Assembly: GCA_965216755.1 (NCBI GenBank)
Contig: CBDCGL010000011.1
Location: forward strand, 2,208,001 to 2,272,000
Source of the DNA: Alphaproteobacteria bacterium
Lineage (GTDB): Bacteria; Pseudomonadota; Alphaproteobacteria; UBA7887
Direction of reading: 5' to 3'
Length of the DNA stretch: 64,000 nucleotides
The translations under genes and the position numbers were made by a program. The notes beneath the pieces were generated by a model that made no database searches, was not told the origin of the DNA, and saw nothing but the letters and a program-made list of their open reading frames with translations. Each line of letters starts with the position of its first letter. The first letter of the stretch is position 1. Shown here piece by piece: positions 31,076-41,875 of this stretch.

Positions 31076-33025
31076 ATGAGGAGCACCGCGGCACCCAGGC
31101 TCAGTCCCGAAACGCCGTTCGATCTTGATGATCGGCTGGATCAAGTCATCGAGTCGTCGCGAACCGCGGTGCTGGCGGAACAACGTCCGGACGGGCATTG
31201 GGTCTTTCCGCTGGAAGCGGATTGTACGATACCAGCCGAATATATTCTGCTCGGCCACTATTTGAACGAGATCAACCCGACCACAGACACAAAATTGGCC
31301 GCCTATATTCGCGCGCGCCAACGAACTGACGGCGGTTGGCCATTGTTCCACGATGGCGACACGGATCTAAGCTGCACGGTCAAAGCGTATTACGCATTGA
31401 AATTGGCCGGCGACCCGGCGGATGCGCCCCATATGCGCAGGGCCCGCGACATTGTCTTGGCCCATGGCGGCGCGGCCCGGAGCAATGTCTTCACGCGCAC
31501 GACCTTGGCTCTGTTTGGACAGGTGCCATGGCATGCTGTGCCCATGATGCCAGTCGAAATCATGCTGCTGCCACGATGGTTTCCGTTTCATCTGACCAAA
31601 GTGTCTTATTGGTCGCGTACGGTGATTGCACCGCTTCTGATCCTGATGGCCCTGCGCCCGCAAGCGCGCAATCCACAGGCCGTGGGGATCAGCGAGCTGT
31701 TCCTGACGCCACCCGATCAGGAACGCCATTTTTTCGCCGATCGCGGCCCGATTGAACGGGCGTTTCGTCTGCTCGACCGTGTATTGCGGTGGCTCGACCC
31801 CATCATGCCGCGCCAGTTGCGGCGGCGCGCCATCGCGCGTGCCGTGGCATTCACAAGTGAACGGCTCAATGGCGATGACGGGCTTGGCGCCATATTTCCG
31901 GCGATGGCCAATGCTCTGATGGCGTTCGATGCGCTCGGCCATGACAACCACCGCGACCGGCGCGATTTGTGCCGGGCCGCGATCGACAAATTGCTCGTGT
32001 TCGATGACGAAAGCGGTTTTTGCCAGCCCTGCCTGTCGCCGGTCTGGGATACATCTTTAGCCGCCCATGCTTTGCTCGAGGCCGACGATCGTCATGCCGG
32101 AAATCGGATCACGGCGTCGCTGGACTGGCTAGCCGAGCGGCAGGTGTTGACCGGCGCGGCCGATTGGCAAGTGCGGGCGCCAAACGTGGCGCCGGGTGGT
32201 TGGGCATTCCAATACAACAACCCCCACTATCCCGATGTCGACGATACCGCCGTCGTCATGATGGCAATGCATCGCGCCGACCCGGCCAGATATGCCGATG
32301 CCATCAACCGCGGCGCGACATGGCTGAAAGGCATGCAGAGCAAGAATGGTGGCTGGGGCGCCTTCGATATCGACAATACCCACGACTACCTCAACCACAT
32401 TCCTTTCGCCGATCATGGCGCGTTGTTGGATCCACCAACAGAGGACGTGACGGCACGTTGCGTGAGCGCGTTGTGTCAGATTGGCCACAGCGCAAACGAG
32501 CCGTCGATTGCAAGGGGCCTGGCCTTTCTGCGGGCCAGTCAGCAGCCCGATGGATCGTGGTTTGGTCGATGGGGTACAAATTATGTCTATGGTACCTGGT
32601 CCGTATTATGTGCATTCAATGCTGCGGGTGAGCCCGACTCGGCGCCCCACATTCGAAAGGCCGTCGCTTGGTTGAAGAATCAGCAACGCGCCGACGGCGG
32701 GTGGGGTGAAGATGGCGCCACTTATTGGCCGGCCCGGCGCGGCGAAGCCAAGACCAGCACACCGTCACAGACGGCCTGGGCACTGTTGGGGCTGATGATG
32801 GCCGGCGAGGTCGGCTCCGACAGCGTCAAGCATGGCATTCAATATCTATTGGCGGCGCCTCGCGACGGCGCGCGCTGGCACGAGGAAGAATTCACCGCGG
32901 TCGGCTTTCCGCGCGTTTTCTATCTGCGCTATCACGGTTACGCGGCCTATTTCCCGCTCTGGGCTTTGGCGCGCTATCGTAATCTGCGCCGCGCCAACAG
33001 TCGGCGACCGGCTTTTGGCATGTGA
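31076..33025 (+). CDS. shc: Squalene-hopene cyclase (HpnF)
   Basis: DVDDTA catalytic motif, multiple QW repeats, WFGRWGTNY and GFPRVFYLRYHGY. Confidence 0.97.
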   Translation: MRSTAAPRLSPETPFDLDDRLDQVIESSRTAVLAEQRPDGHWVFPLEADCTIPAEYILLGHYLNEINPTTDTKLAAYIRARQRTDGGWPLFHDGDTDLSCTVKAYYALKLAGDPADAPHMRRARDIVLAHGGAARSNVFTRTTLALFGQVPWHAVPMMPVEIMLLPRWFPFHLTKVSYWSRTVIAPLLILMALRPQARNPQAVGISELFLTPPDQERHFFADRGPIERAFRLLDRVLRWLDPIMPRQLRRRAIARAVAFTSERLNGDDGLGAIFPAMANALMAFDALGHDNHRDRRDLCRAAIDKLLVFDDESGFCQPCLSPVWDTSLAAHALLEADDRHAGNRITASLDWLAERQVLTGAADWQVRAPNVAPGGWAFQYNNPHYPDVDDTAVVMMAMHRADPARYADAINRGATWLKGMQSKNGGWGAFDIDNTHDYLNHIPFADHGALLDPPTEDVTARCVSALCQIGHSANEPSIARGLAFLRASQQPDGSWFGRWGTNYVYGTWSVLCAFNAAGEPDSAPHIRKAVAWLKNQQRADGGWGEDGATYWPARRGEAKTSTPSQTAWALLGLMMAGEVGSDSVKHGIQYLLAAPRDGARWHEEEFTAVGFPRVFYLRYHGYAAYFPLWALARYRNLRRANSRRPAFGM

Positions 33026-33762
33026 CGCGCGTTCGTCCGTCTCGCGCCCCAATTGGAATCGTTACGGGCTTGAACGCGGAACGCCGCCTGGTAACGCGCC
33101 TTTTGTGGACGTCACGTGGAACCGCCCCAGCGCCCATCGCGACGTGTTGTGGCCCAGGTCCGGAAGCGGCCGCACGCGCCGCCGCAGCGGCCATCGCGGA
33201 TGGCGCCACCGCGCTCGCGAGCGTCGGCTTTGCTGGAGGACTGCGCCCGCGGCTGGGCTCGGGCACAACGGTCGTCGCGCGCGCGGTGGTCGACAGCGCG
33301 GGCAACAGCTTTGCCTGTGACCCGCACTGGCGCCGATTGGTTTTGGGCGCCGTTCTGAATCACGACAGCGTCCTCGATGGAACCATTTGCAGCGTCGCCG
33401 AACCTGTCGCGACCCGCGCCGCAAAAGCAGCCCTGTATGACCGTTTGAGGTGTGACGCTGTCGATATGGAGAGTGCCACGGTCGCGCAGACCGCGGCGCT
33501 GTCTGATGTTCCGTTCATTGCTTTGCGCGTGGTCGCGGATCCGGCTTGGTGCCAGCTTCCCCCCGCCGCACTTCAAGCCCTAACCGAGCAGGGCGGCGTA
33601 AGCCCACGTGCCGCCCTCGTGGGCGTCGCCGCCGCACCCTGGCAACTGCCCAACCTGATTCGCGTGGGCATTCATACCGCGCGCGCCCGGCGCGCGCTAC
33701 GCCGCATGCTCGCGGTCGCGGGCGACGCCTTGTGCGCCGTCTCCGTCATCGAGAAACTTTGA
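33022..33762 (+). CDS. hpnG: Hopanoid-associated nucleoside phosphorylase HpnG
   Basis: GIVTGL.AE, SVGFAGGL and AVDMES...LRVVADP; overlaps the shc stop. Confidence 0.85.
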   Translation: MTRVRPSRAPIGIVTGLNAERRLVTRLLWTSRGTAPAPIATCCGPGPEAAARAAAAAIADGATALASVGFAGGLRPRLGSGTTVVARAVVDSAGNSFACDPHWRRLVLGAVLNHDSVLDGTICSVAEPVATRAAKAALYDRLRCDAVDMESATVAQTAALSDVPFIALRVVADPAWCQLPPAALQALTEQGGVSPRAALVGVAAAPWQLPNLIRVGIHTARARRALRRMLAVAGDALCAVSVIEKL

Positions 33763-34842
33763 CACGTTCCGCTCGAACACATAGTCCGCTGGCCGCGCCT
33801 GCGACAAATCGATCTCAGGCGCCATCGGACCATCGGTCCGGATGCCACGCAACTTGACCGCAAGGGCGCGCAGCGGCTTGGCGACCGTATCCGCGACCGC
33901 GCTCGGCTCGTATCCGCAGTGAACCATGCAATCAGCGCACTTCTCGTAGCGGCCGGTGCCGAATTTGTCCCAATCAGTCGAGTCCATTAGGTCTCTAAAT
34001 GAAGAGGCCGTGCCTTCGGCGAGCAAGTAGCACGGTCGCTGCCAACCAAATATGTTGCGCGTTGGGTTACCCCACGGTGTGCAATGGTAGCTCTGATTGC
34101 CAGCCAGGAAATCCAAAAACATGTGCGACTGGCTAAACCGCCAGCGCCGCCCCTTGCCGCGCCGGAACACATCGCGGAACAAGTTTTTGGTCTTATTGCG
34201 GGTCAGGAAATGTGTTTGATCCGGCGCGCGTTCATAGGCATAGCCGGGCGAAACCGTAATGCCTTCGACGCCTAGCGACATACAATAGTCAAAAAACTCC
34301 GCGACGCGCTCCGAGTGCGCGCCATCAAACAATGTACAATTAACGTTGACACGAAAGCCTTGATCGCGCGCTTCCCTGATAGCATCGATCGCCCGGTCAA
34401 ACACGCCGTCTTGACAGACCGCGCGGTCGTGTTCCTCGCGCAGGCCATCCAAATGAACGGAGAAAGTCAAGTAGGGCGTTGGTGAAAACAGATGCAACTT
34501 TTTCTTGAGTAGCAAAGCATTTGTGCACAAATAAACGAACTTCTTGCGCGCCACGATGCCTGCGACAATTTGATCAATTTCCTTATGAAGCAACGGCTCC
34601 CCGCCTGGAATGGAAACCACGGGCGCGCCGCATTCGTCGACCGCATCCAGGCATTCCTGCACCGACAAGCGACGGTTCAGGATCTCATCCGGATAGTCGA
34701 TCTTGCCGCAACCGGCACACGCCAAATTGCATCGAAACAGGGGCTCAAGCATCAGCACAAGAGGATAACGGGTCTCACCCCGCAACCGCCTAGACAGAAC
34801 ATACCGGCCAACGGTGTAAGCTTGGATCAACGGTACCGCCAC
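33697..34842 (-). CDS. hpnH: Adenosyl-hopene transferase HpnH (radical SAM)
   Basis: YPLVLMLEPLFRCNLACAGCGKI, GGEPL, CTPWG...GWQRPCYL and CADCMVHCGYE. Confidence 0.95.
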   Translation of the reverse strand: MAVPLIQAYTVGRYVLSRRLRGETRYPLVLMLEPLFRCNLACAGCGKIDYPDEILNRRLSVQECLDAVDECGAPVVSIPGGEPLLHKEIDQIVAGIVARKKFVYLCTNALLLKKKLHLFSPTPYLTFSVHLDGLREEHDRAVCQDGVFDRAIDAIREARDQGFRVNVNCTLFDGAHSERVAEFFDYCMSLGVEGITVSPGYAYERAPDQTHFLTRNKTKNLFRDVFRRGKGRRWRFSQSHMFLDFLAGNQSYHCTPWGNPTRNIFGWQRPCYLLAEGTASSFRDLMDSTDWDKFGTGRYEKCADCMVHCGYEPSAVADTVAKPLRALAVKLRGIRTDGPMAPEIDLSQARPADYVFERNVSKFLDDGDGAQGVARDREHAA

Positions 34843-34884
34843 TGCTTATGTCTCCTTCGAAACGGCCGAAACCGTATCTGACGA

Positions 34885-35817
34885 TCAGCCTGCCTCGGCC
34901 AAGAGCGCCGCAGGCAATTTGAACTGGACGCGCTCAACAACACCATCCAATACGCGAACGTCGACCGATCCCATTTCATGCAAGCGATCGACCACTTCCT
35001 GTACCAACTGCTCGGGCGCCGACGCCCCCGCGGTCACGCCCACCGTGCCTGCCGATACCAACCACGCCGGATCGATGGCTGTTGAGTCATCGATCAAATA
35101 GCTGGCAACACTGTGTTCTTCACCGATCTCACGCAGTCGATTGGAATTCGAACTGTTTTGCGCACCAACAACCAACATCACGTCAACTTGATCAGCCAAC
35201 GTCCGTGCGGCAGTTTGGCGATTTTGCGTAGCATAGCAAATATCGCGAAGGTCGGGACCGCTGATATTGGGAAATCTGGCGCGTAGCGCCTCGATCACAT
35301 CGCGCGTATCGTCGACGCTCAGCGTCGTTTGGGTCACATAGGCGAGTTTTTCCGGATCGCGCACCGACAGCTGTTCGACATCGCCGACGGATGAAACCAG
35401 CAAGACACCGCCTTCGACGCGCCCGCTCGTGCCCTCAACCTCCGGATGCCCGCGATGTCCGATCAGAATCACCTGCCGGCCCTGCAACGCAAAACGTTGC
35501 GCCTCGTGATGAACCTTGCCCACCAGTGGGCATGTCGCATCGATGACCGACAAGCCGCGCCGCCCGGCTTCGTCTTCAACATTTTGTGAAACGCCATGAG
35601 CACTGAAAATTGTCACCGCGTCGTCTGGAATCTCGTCGAGCTCTTCGACAAAAACCGCGCCCTTGGCGCGAAGTTCCTCGACCACGCGCTTGTTGTGGAC
35701 GATCTCGTGACGCACGTAGACTGGCGGCCCATACCGTTCCAGCGCACGCTCAACAATCTCTATAGCGCGTTCGACGCCGGCGCAGAACCCGCGCGGTTGA
35801 GCCAAAATTACTCGCAT
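34885..35817 (-). CDS. ispH: 4-hydroxy-3-methylbut-2-enyl diphosphate reductase
   Basis: [42 protein letters not shown] and TAGASAP. Confidence 0.97.
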   Translation of the reverse strand: MRVILAQPRGFCAGVERAIEIVERALERYGPPVYVRHEIVHNKRVVEELRAKGAVFVEELDEIPDDAVTIFSAHGVSQNVEDEAGRRGLSVIDATCPLVGKVHHEAQRFALQGRQVILIGHRGHPEVEGTSGRVEGGVLLVSSVGDVEQLSVRDPEKLAYVTQTTLSVDDTRDVIEALRARFPNISGPDLRDICYATQNRQTAARTLADQVDVMLVVGAQNSSNSNRLREIGEEHSVASYLIDDSTAIDPAWLVSAGTVGVTAGASAPEQLVQEVVDRLHEMGSVDVRVLDGVVERVQFKLPAALLAEAG

Positions 35818-36111
35818 TTCTTATCTTCCGAATGCCGGCTGGCGGCCGGTTCTCAGCGTCCGCCCGCGCCGCCTTTTTGCACGCCAAATCCAAACTAACT
35901 GAAAAGACACCATGCCGCCAACAATCGCGTGCGACTGACCAATCTATTTCCCTAATCTGGTCAGGGACTTAAAGGCGCAAACGATAATTCCCAAGGAAAC
36001 TCGTTGGCCAGCAGACCTGGCCCTGCATGCAACGGCCATTGTCCGGTTGCAATCTTGCCTTGACCCAGCGAACAATATCGCAATCCGACAAAAAACGATG
36101 GAGAGGATCAA

Positions 36112-36576
36112 ATGCACGCGACTGCTCGATGGACCTGTCTTGTTGCCCTGATCATGGGTTCTGTTGTTGCCATCAACCCACAATCCCAGGCCGCTGATGA
36201 ACCCGAAAACATTATCAAGTATCGCCAAAACGTTATGAAAGCGATCGGCGCGCATATCACCAATATCGCGGCTGTCGTCAAAGGCGAGGTCACCTATGTG
36301 GAGAACACAGCACTGAATGCCCGGGCCATTCGCGAATTGCTGACGCTGATTCCGGACCTATTTCCGGAAGGCACCGACACCGGCAAGACAAATGCGCTGC
36401 CGGATATCTGGACCGACCGTGCCAAGTTCGATGAATTGGCGGACGCCATGAACGGTCCTGCCGACGAGATGGTCGCGGCTGCCGAAACCAACGACATGGC
36501 AACGATCGGCGAGGCGCTCGGCAAGTTGGGCAAGGCATGTGGAAATTGTCACAAACCATTCCGCAAAGAGCTCTAA
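36112..36576 (+). CDS. Class II cytochrome c (cytochrome c'/c556)
   Basis: Signal peptide, YRQNVM, ALPDIW and C-terminal CGNCHKPFR. Confidence 0.92.
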   Translation: MHATARWTCLVALIMGSVVAINPQSQAADEPENIIKYRQNVMKAIGAHITNIAAVVKGEVTYVENTALNARAIRELLTLIPDLFPEGTDTGKTNALPDIWTDRAKFDELADAMNGPADEMVAAAETNDMATIGEALGKLGKACGNCHKPFRKEL

Positions 36577-36602
36577 TATCGCTGACGGGTCGGCTGCGCA
36601 CC

Positions 36603-37565
36603 GTGCGCGGACTCGACGCGATTTTGCGATCATCCTGGCGTGGTTTCGCGACGGCAATGTCGCTTGCGCTCGCGCCGCCGACGGCGGGCGCCCAGGACGG
36701 CGATGGAGCGTCGACAGTTGCAGCCGCCGTCGCCCGGGGCGCCTATATCCTGCGCGCCGGCGGCTGCGTCGCCTGTCATACGGCGACCGACATGGACGGC
36801 CCGTTCCTGGCTGGCGGAGCAGCCATCGAAACGCCATTTGGGCGGTTCTACGCGCCCAACATCACGCCTGACCGCGAACATGGTATCGGCCGATGGACGG
36901 AAGCTGATTTTACCCGCGCCATGACCCAAGGGCGCGCGCCCGATAGCACAGCCTATTACCCGGTGTTTCCCTATCCGACTTACACGCGGATGTCGGCGGG
37001 CGATATCGCGGACCTGTGGGCGTATTTGCAGACCGTACCCGGCGATCCGACGCCGCGACGGCAACATGAAGTGGCGTTCCCCTTCTCGTTCCGTTGGCTG
37101 AATCAACTATGGCAAACGGCATTTTTTCATCCCGGTCCTTTTCGCGGCCATCACGGACGCGATCCGGTCTGGAACCGGGGCGCATATTTGGCTGAAGCGT
37201 TGGGCCACTGCGGCACATGTCACACACCACGCAACCTGCTCGGCGGCCCGCAATTGGCCATGGTTCAGGCTGGTACACGATTGCCGAACAGCGAAAACAC
37301 CGTACCCAATATCACGCCCGACAGCGAGACCGGCATTGGTGACTGGAGTGAGGGCGATATCGTCTGGTTGCTCAAAATGGGGTTCCGGCCTGACGGCAAT
37401 GATGTGCAAGGCACGATGGCGGAAGTCATTGAGCACAGCACCAGCCATCTTTCGAATGATGATTTGAAAGCTCTGGCCACTTATCTGCGTGCGCTGCCGC
37501 CGGTCGACAATCCGATTCGCGTAAGACCAACAACCGACGACGGCGATACAGGCGACGCGTGGTAG
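36603..37565 (+). CDS. Di-heme cytochrome c (gluconate/alcohol dehydrogenase cytochrome-subunit-like); start uncertain (GTG 36603 or ATG 36657)
   Basis: CVACH and CGTCH, two PNITPD...GIG.W repeats, YYPVFPY. Confidence 0.88.
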   Translation: MRGLDAILRSSWRGFATAMSLALAPPTAGAQDGDGASTVAAAVARGAYILRAGGCVACHTATDMDGPFLAGGAAIETPFGRFYAPNITPDREHGIGRWTEADFTRAMTQGRAPDSTAYYPVFPYPTYTRMSAGDIADLWAYLQTVPGDPTPRRQHEVAFPFSFRWLNQLWQTAFFHPGPFRGHHGRDPVWNRGAYLAEALGHCGTCHTPRNLLGGPQLAMVQAGTRLPNSENTVPNITPDSETGIGDWSEGDIVWLLKMGFRPDGNDVQGTMAEVIEHSTSHLSNDDLKALATYLRALPPVDNPIRVRPTTDDGDTGDAW

Positions 37566-37822
37566 CTCGAGAAGATCACGCGACTGTCAGACTGTGGCCA
37601 GACTCTGCGCAGATCTGGGCGTTTTCGTGGCGCGGCTCAAAAAAACGTGATCGGGCGATTGATCGACCCGATCGAAGCGCCACATAGCCGGCAAGCGCGG
37701 CACGTCGCCGTGCATTCTTGTTCAAATCAAGACGACAGCGGCGAACCGAACACGAACATCGGCCGCTGCTTGCGTCGGTGCCAACAGCTTGGCGCCATCG
37801 TCGTGAAGGAGTTTTCGACCTG

Positions 37823-39298
37823 ATGCTTGAGATCCCCGTGCGCGCTCCCGCGGGCGCGCGTGTTCGCAATACTGCCGTGGCCGGCATTGTGCTGATCGCG
37901 TCTCTCTGGGTTAGCGCTGTCGCCCAAGCGCGCTCGGCGCCGGACAGCTTTGCCGGCCTGGCCGCCGATTTGATCCCGGCCGTCGTCAACATTTCGACAG
38001 AGAAACGCGTCGATGTCGATCCCCGCATGGCGCCGCAAGATCGACCCCAGTTTCCGCCCGGCTCACCATTTGAAGAGTTTTTCGATCGCTTTTTTGGTCC
38101 GTCTCAACCCAATGGCGGGCGACCACGCCAGCTGCCAACCTCACTTGGATCCGGGTTCATTGTCGACTCACAGGGCTATGTGGTGACAAATAACCACGTC
38201 GTTGCCGAGGCCACCGAAATATCGGTCATATTGCATGACGAACGAACCCTGCCGGCAACCGTAATTGGACGCGACCCAAAGACCGACTTGGCACTGTTGA
38301 AGATTGACGCGGACACCCCCCTGCCAGCCGTGGAATTCGGCGATTCCGATGCCGCCCAGGTCGGCGACTGGGTGCTGGCGATTGGCAACCCCTTCGGGCT
38401 CGGCGGTACTGTGACCGCCGGAATCGTGTCCGCCCGGGCGCGCAACATCAACGCCGGTCCATTCGACGATTTCATTCAAACCGACGCGCCGATCAATCGT
38501 GGCAATTCGGGCGGCCCGCTGTTCGACATGAATGGCAAAGTGATCGGCGTCAATACCGCCATCTATTCGCCGACCGGCGGCAGCGTCGGCATCGGCTTTG
38601 CCATTTCTGCGGCTTTGGCTGAGCCGATTGTCGACCAATTAAAGGAACATGGCCGACCAATCCGGGGCTGGTTGGGTGTCCAGATTCAAGGTGTTACCGA
38701 AGATTTGGCCGACGGACTTGGCCTCGACTCGGCCGCCGGCGCCCTGGTCGCGGAAGTCGTCCCCGAAAGCCCGGCCGCCGCGGCCGGTTTCCAACCCGGC
38801 GACGTAATCGTCGGATTCGATGGCCAAGAGATCGATCGCGTGCGCACGCTGCCGCGGGCCGTCGCCAATACCCCGGTCGGGAGCCGCGTCGACGTCACCG
38901 TCATCCGTGACGGCCACGCCAAGACCATGTCGGTACGGATCGGACAGCTCGAGGAAGACGTGGTCGCCGCGTTGCCGACGCCGGCAAGCCCGTCGGGCAA
39001 CACCGGCTTTGGGCTAGTGATCGCACCGCGCAGCGCTGATCTCGAGGCGCGCTACGATTTGGCCTCCGATGTCGACGGCATGGTGGTAGTCGGCGTGCGT
39101 CCGGGCTCGCCGGCCGCCGCGGCAGGGCTCGTGGAGGGCGACCTCATTGCCAAGGTCGGTGACACCAACGTGTCGGACGGCGACGATGTGCGCGAAGCTC
39201 TCCATAGGGCCGAACTGGCGGGCCATCGGACGGTCTTGTTCCTCGTCAACCGCCAGGGCACATCGCTGTTCTTGGCCATGCCCGTGGCGATTGGTTAA
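37823..39298 (+). CDS. Do/DegP/DegQ-family serine endoprotease with two PDZ domains
   Basis: TNNHVV, TDLAL and GNSGGPL triad, two PDZ domains; ATG 37823 follows a GAAGGAG SD. Confidence 0.95.
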   Translation: MLEIPVRAPAGARVRNTAVAGIVLIASLWVSAVAQARSAPDSFAGLAADLIPAVVNISTEKRVDVDPRMAPQDRPQFPPGSPFEEFFDRFFGPSQPNGGRPRQLPTSLGSGFIVDSQGYVVTNNHVVAEATEISVILHDERTLPATVIGRDPKTDLALLKIDADTPLPAVEFGDSDAAQVGDWVLAIGNPFGLGGTVTAGIVSARARNINAGPFDDFIQTDAPINRGNSGGPLFDMNGKVIGVNTAIYSPTGGSVGIGFAISAALAEPIVDQLKEHGRPIRGWLGVQIQGVTEDLADGLGLDSAAGALVAEVVPESPAAAAGFQPGDVIVGFDGQEIDRVRTLPRAVANTPVGSRVDVTVIRDGHAKTMSVRIGQLEEDVVAALPTPASPSGNTGFGLVIAPRSADLEARYDLASDVDGMVVVGVRPGSPAAAAGLVEGDLIAKVGDTNVSDGDDVREALHRAELAGHRTVLFLVNRQGTSLFLAMPVAIG

Positions 39299-39362
39299 GA
39301 GCGCCACCCCGATACGTGACTTGGGGGCGCGAGGGCCGCGCGCCCTTTCGGGGCGGCTCCGA

Positions 39363-40166
39363 TCAGGCGAAGCGCGGCGATCGCTTCTCACGATGAGAGG
39401 CGACGCCTTCGCGCACATCCGGCCCGGTGAAGCCGAGCATCTCCAACGCGCACGATGTGTCAAAGGTGGGACCTGCCATGCGCAGCCAGTTGTTGAGGGC
39501 GAATTTGGTCCAACGAATCGCCGTGCGCGACCCACCGGCCAGACGTTTGGCGACGTCCAAGGCCGTGTCCTGCAGAGCGTCATCGTCGACACACAGCGAC
39601 ACCAAGCCCACCCGTTCCGCCTCCTCCCCACTCAACGGTTCGCACAGCAACAGATGATATTTGGCCTTGGCCATGCCGCACAGCAGCGGCCACACTACCG
39701 CCGCGTGATCGCCGGCGGCGACCCCAAGCCGCGTGTGACCATCGATAATGCGGGCCGAACGCGCCGCGATGGAGATGTCCGCCAACAATCCGACCACCAG
39801 GCCCGCGCCGACGGCGGCGCCGTGCATTGCCGAAACGATTGGCGTATCGCAATTGATCAGGTTGTAAACCAGGTCCCGGGCCTCGCGCCAAACCCGTACG
39901 CGCGTATCCGCGTCGTCGATCATCGATTCGACCAGGTCAAAATCGCCACCAGCGGAAAATGCTCTTCCGGCGCCGCGCACAATGACTGCGTCAACGTCGG
40001 GGTCGTCGTCGATGGCGCGCCAAACCGCGGCCACTTGGGCGTGAGTCTCCGCATCGATGGCGTTGAATTTCTCCGGTCGATCAAAGGTCAAGCGCAGAAT
40101 TTTTTCGGCCGGTTGATCAAATGTCAGGCGATCGAACGCCGCATAGCGCGCATCGCTGGTGGCCAT
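39363..40166 (-). CDS. Enoyl-CoA hydratase/isomerase (crotonase) family protein
   Basis: [34 protein letters not shown] and EAERVGLV. Confidence 0.92.
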   Translation of the reverse strand: MATSDARYAAFDRLTFDQPAEKILRLTFDRPEKFNAIDAETHAQVAAVWRAIDDDPDVDAVIVRGAGRAFSAGGDFDLVESMIDDADTRVRVWREARDLVYNLINCDTPIVSAMHGAAVGAGLVVGLLADISIAARSARIIDGHTRLGVAAGDHAAVVWPLLCGMAKAKYHLLLCEPLSGEEAERVGLVSLCVDDDALQDTALDVAKRLAGGSRTAIRWTKFALNNWLRMAGPTFDTSCALEMLGFTGPDVREGVASHREKRSPRFA

Positions 40167-40211
40167 GATGTGCCCTTTCAGATTAGAAGTCATGCTGGCT
40201 GGTCGGTTACC

Positions 40212-40646
40212 CTACTCGGCCGTGATGATCCAGACCAGGCGGACGAATACTGCGACCACAGCCACCATTTGCGCCATATTCAGAACAACGCTAAGGCGAT
40301 GCAGGCGCCCGAAGGCGCGGACATCGGCTGGATTGCCGGCCAACCGACCCGCGCGGTGTCTTTCAATGCGGGGGATCAGAGCCTGACGCGCAAAAACAAA
40401 GCCAATCGAGACCGCCACCAGAACCGCGGCAGCCGCCATATCATGGAAAATGGTCGCCAGCGCCGCCAACGCACTGGCGATCGCCATGATCGCGTAGTAG
40501 ACCGGGAATACGCCGGCCAGAAACGCGGCCGCCACGTCGCGCGGCAGTTTGGCGAACACCAAGGGTGTGACGACAAAAGCGAAAAAGACCATGGCCCCCA
40601 TGATCACGCCGACGACCCCCAGCGCCACGACATAAGACACTGTCAC
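40212..40646 (-). CDS. DUF4149/TMEM205-like small membrane protein
   Basis: About 4 TM; FVVTPLVFAKL, FPVYY and FGRLHRLS. Confidence 0.75.
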   Translation of the reverse strand: MTVSYVVALGVVGVIMGAMVFFAFVVTPLVFAKLPRDVAAAFLAGVFPVYYAIMAIASALAALATIFHDMAAAAVLVAVSIGFVFARQALIPRIERHRAGRLAGNPADVRAFGRLHRLSVVLNMAQMVAVVAVFVRLVWIITAE

Positions 40647-40726
40647 CGTTCACTCCTACTCGGTCCCGGCCGGCTCGGATCGCGCGGCCGTATTCCACAC
40701 CGATGCTATATCCATAGGAAGGGATT

Positions 40727-41794
40727 ATGGCGAACAGTTTGACACTCACCGCCGCCGCTTTGGTTGCCATGCTCGATGGTTGGACCGGGCTGTGGCAGGG
40801 CCTGGTGGACTCCTCGGACGCAACTCTGGGCGCGGCACAAATCGCTGTGCCTGCTCCTATGCCGCCACCGATTGCGATCGATGTCGGTGACGGCACGTAT
40901 ACAAATGGCGGCGGCGGCCCGCGAGTGGCACTGTCGGCGGTATCAGTGTCGGGCAAGCACGGCGGCAAAGCGTGGCAATGGGCGGTCGGCGACGTGTATC
41001 TGACACCCCCCGACAGGCAGGACAATATCGTCCGCGTACTCCTACCGTCACCGCAAACGTTTCGGTTGGCGCAAGGCAAGACCGGGCGCGTGGTGACGTT
41101 GTGGGCAACCAATCTAGCCGCCGTGGTTCACCGCGATACGGCCGGCCGCGTATCACAGACACGGTTGACGGGCGACGGTATTACTTTGCAAAGCGGCGAT
41201 CACGAATTTTCGGCCGAATCTCTGATCATTAAGAGTGAGCGCACCGCGCCCGATCGCGTCCGCATCGGCGTGGCGATTACGGATATTGTGTTACCGGCGG
41301 CCTGGCACCTTGGGCCGCCATTCGGTGACACGATGGAGAGCATAAAGATCGACGCCTGGGTCCACGGCTTGGGTGATCCGCGACCGACCTCAGCCGTCGC
41401 CTGGCGCGACGGCGGCGGCGTCGTCGGACTCAATCATGTCCGTGCCAAATGGGGTCCCTTGGCCGTGAACATTTCCGGACGGTTTGGCCTTGACGGTGTG
41501 CTCCGCCCCGAAGGCCGCGTCCGCGTCGCCATCACCGGGGTCGACGAAGCGCTGGTCGCGGCCACCGAAGCCGGTGTGATCAGTGAATCCACCCGCAACG
41601 CAGCAAGCGACGGGCTAGCGCGGCTGGCCCGTCTGCGGCAGACTGATGCTGTCACGGATCTCAGCCTTAGTTTTGAACTGGGCGGCGGACGCCTGAGTTT
41701 CGAGGGTCTGCCATTGGTCGGCTTGCCGGCGATCGCTAAAATGCCCAAGCCTGCGGCGCCCGGGTGTGAAACGAAAGACGCACCCAACTGCTGA
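40727..41794 (+). CDS. Hypothetical exported protein, DUF2125-like
   Basis: AWRDGGGVV...WGPL...G..GLD..LRP.G pattern resembles DUF2125; GAAGGG SD. Confidence 0.55.
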   Translation: MANSLTLTAAALVAMLDGWTGLWQGLVDSSDATLGAAQIAVPAPMPPPIAIDVGDGTYTNGGGGPRVALSAVSVSGKHGGKAWQWAVGDVYLTPPDRQDNIVRVLLPSPQTFRLAQGKTGRVVTLWATNLAAVVHRDTAGRVSQTRLTGDGITLQSGDHEFSAESLIIKSERTAPDRVRIGVAITDIVLPAAWHLGPPFGDTMESIKIDAWVHGLGDPRPTSAVAWRDGGGVVGLNHVRAKWGPLAVNISGRFGLDGVLRPEGRVRVAITGVDEALVAATEAGVISESTRNAASDGLARLARLRQTDAVTDLSLSFELGGGRLSFEGLPLVGLPAIAKMPKPAAPGCETKDAPNC

Positions 41795-41822
41795 CCAAGC
41801 AGAGTTGGATTTACAAATAAGC

Positions 41823-41855
41823 GCGGCGACGCGCTTGTTCCGGGCGCGTCGCCGC
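41823..41855. terminator. 12-bp stem-loop between convergent genes
   Basis: GCGGCGACGCGC/GCGCGTCGCCGC perfect stem with a 9-nt loop. Confidence 0.55.
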
Positions 41856-41875
41856 AATTCACAGGAGCGGATCGG

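Noticed and set aside
39147-40742. 531-aa plus-strand ORF
   Set aside because: Antisense shadow of the crotonase and DUF4149 genes with no recognisable motifs; such shadows are common in GC-rich DNA.
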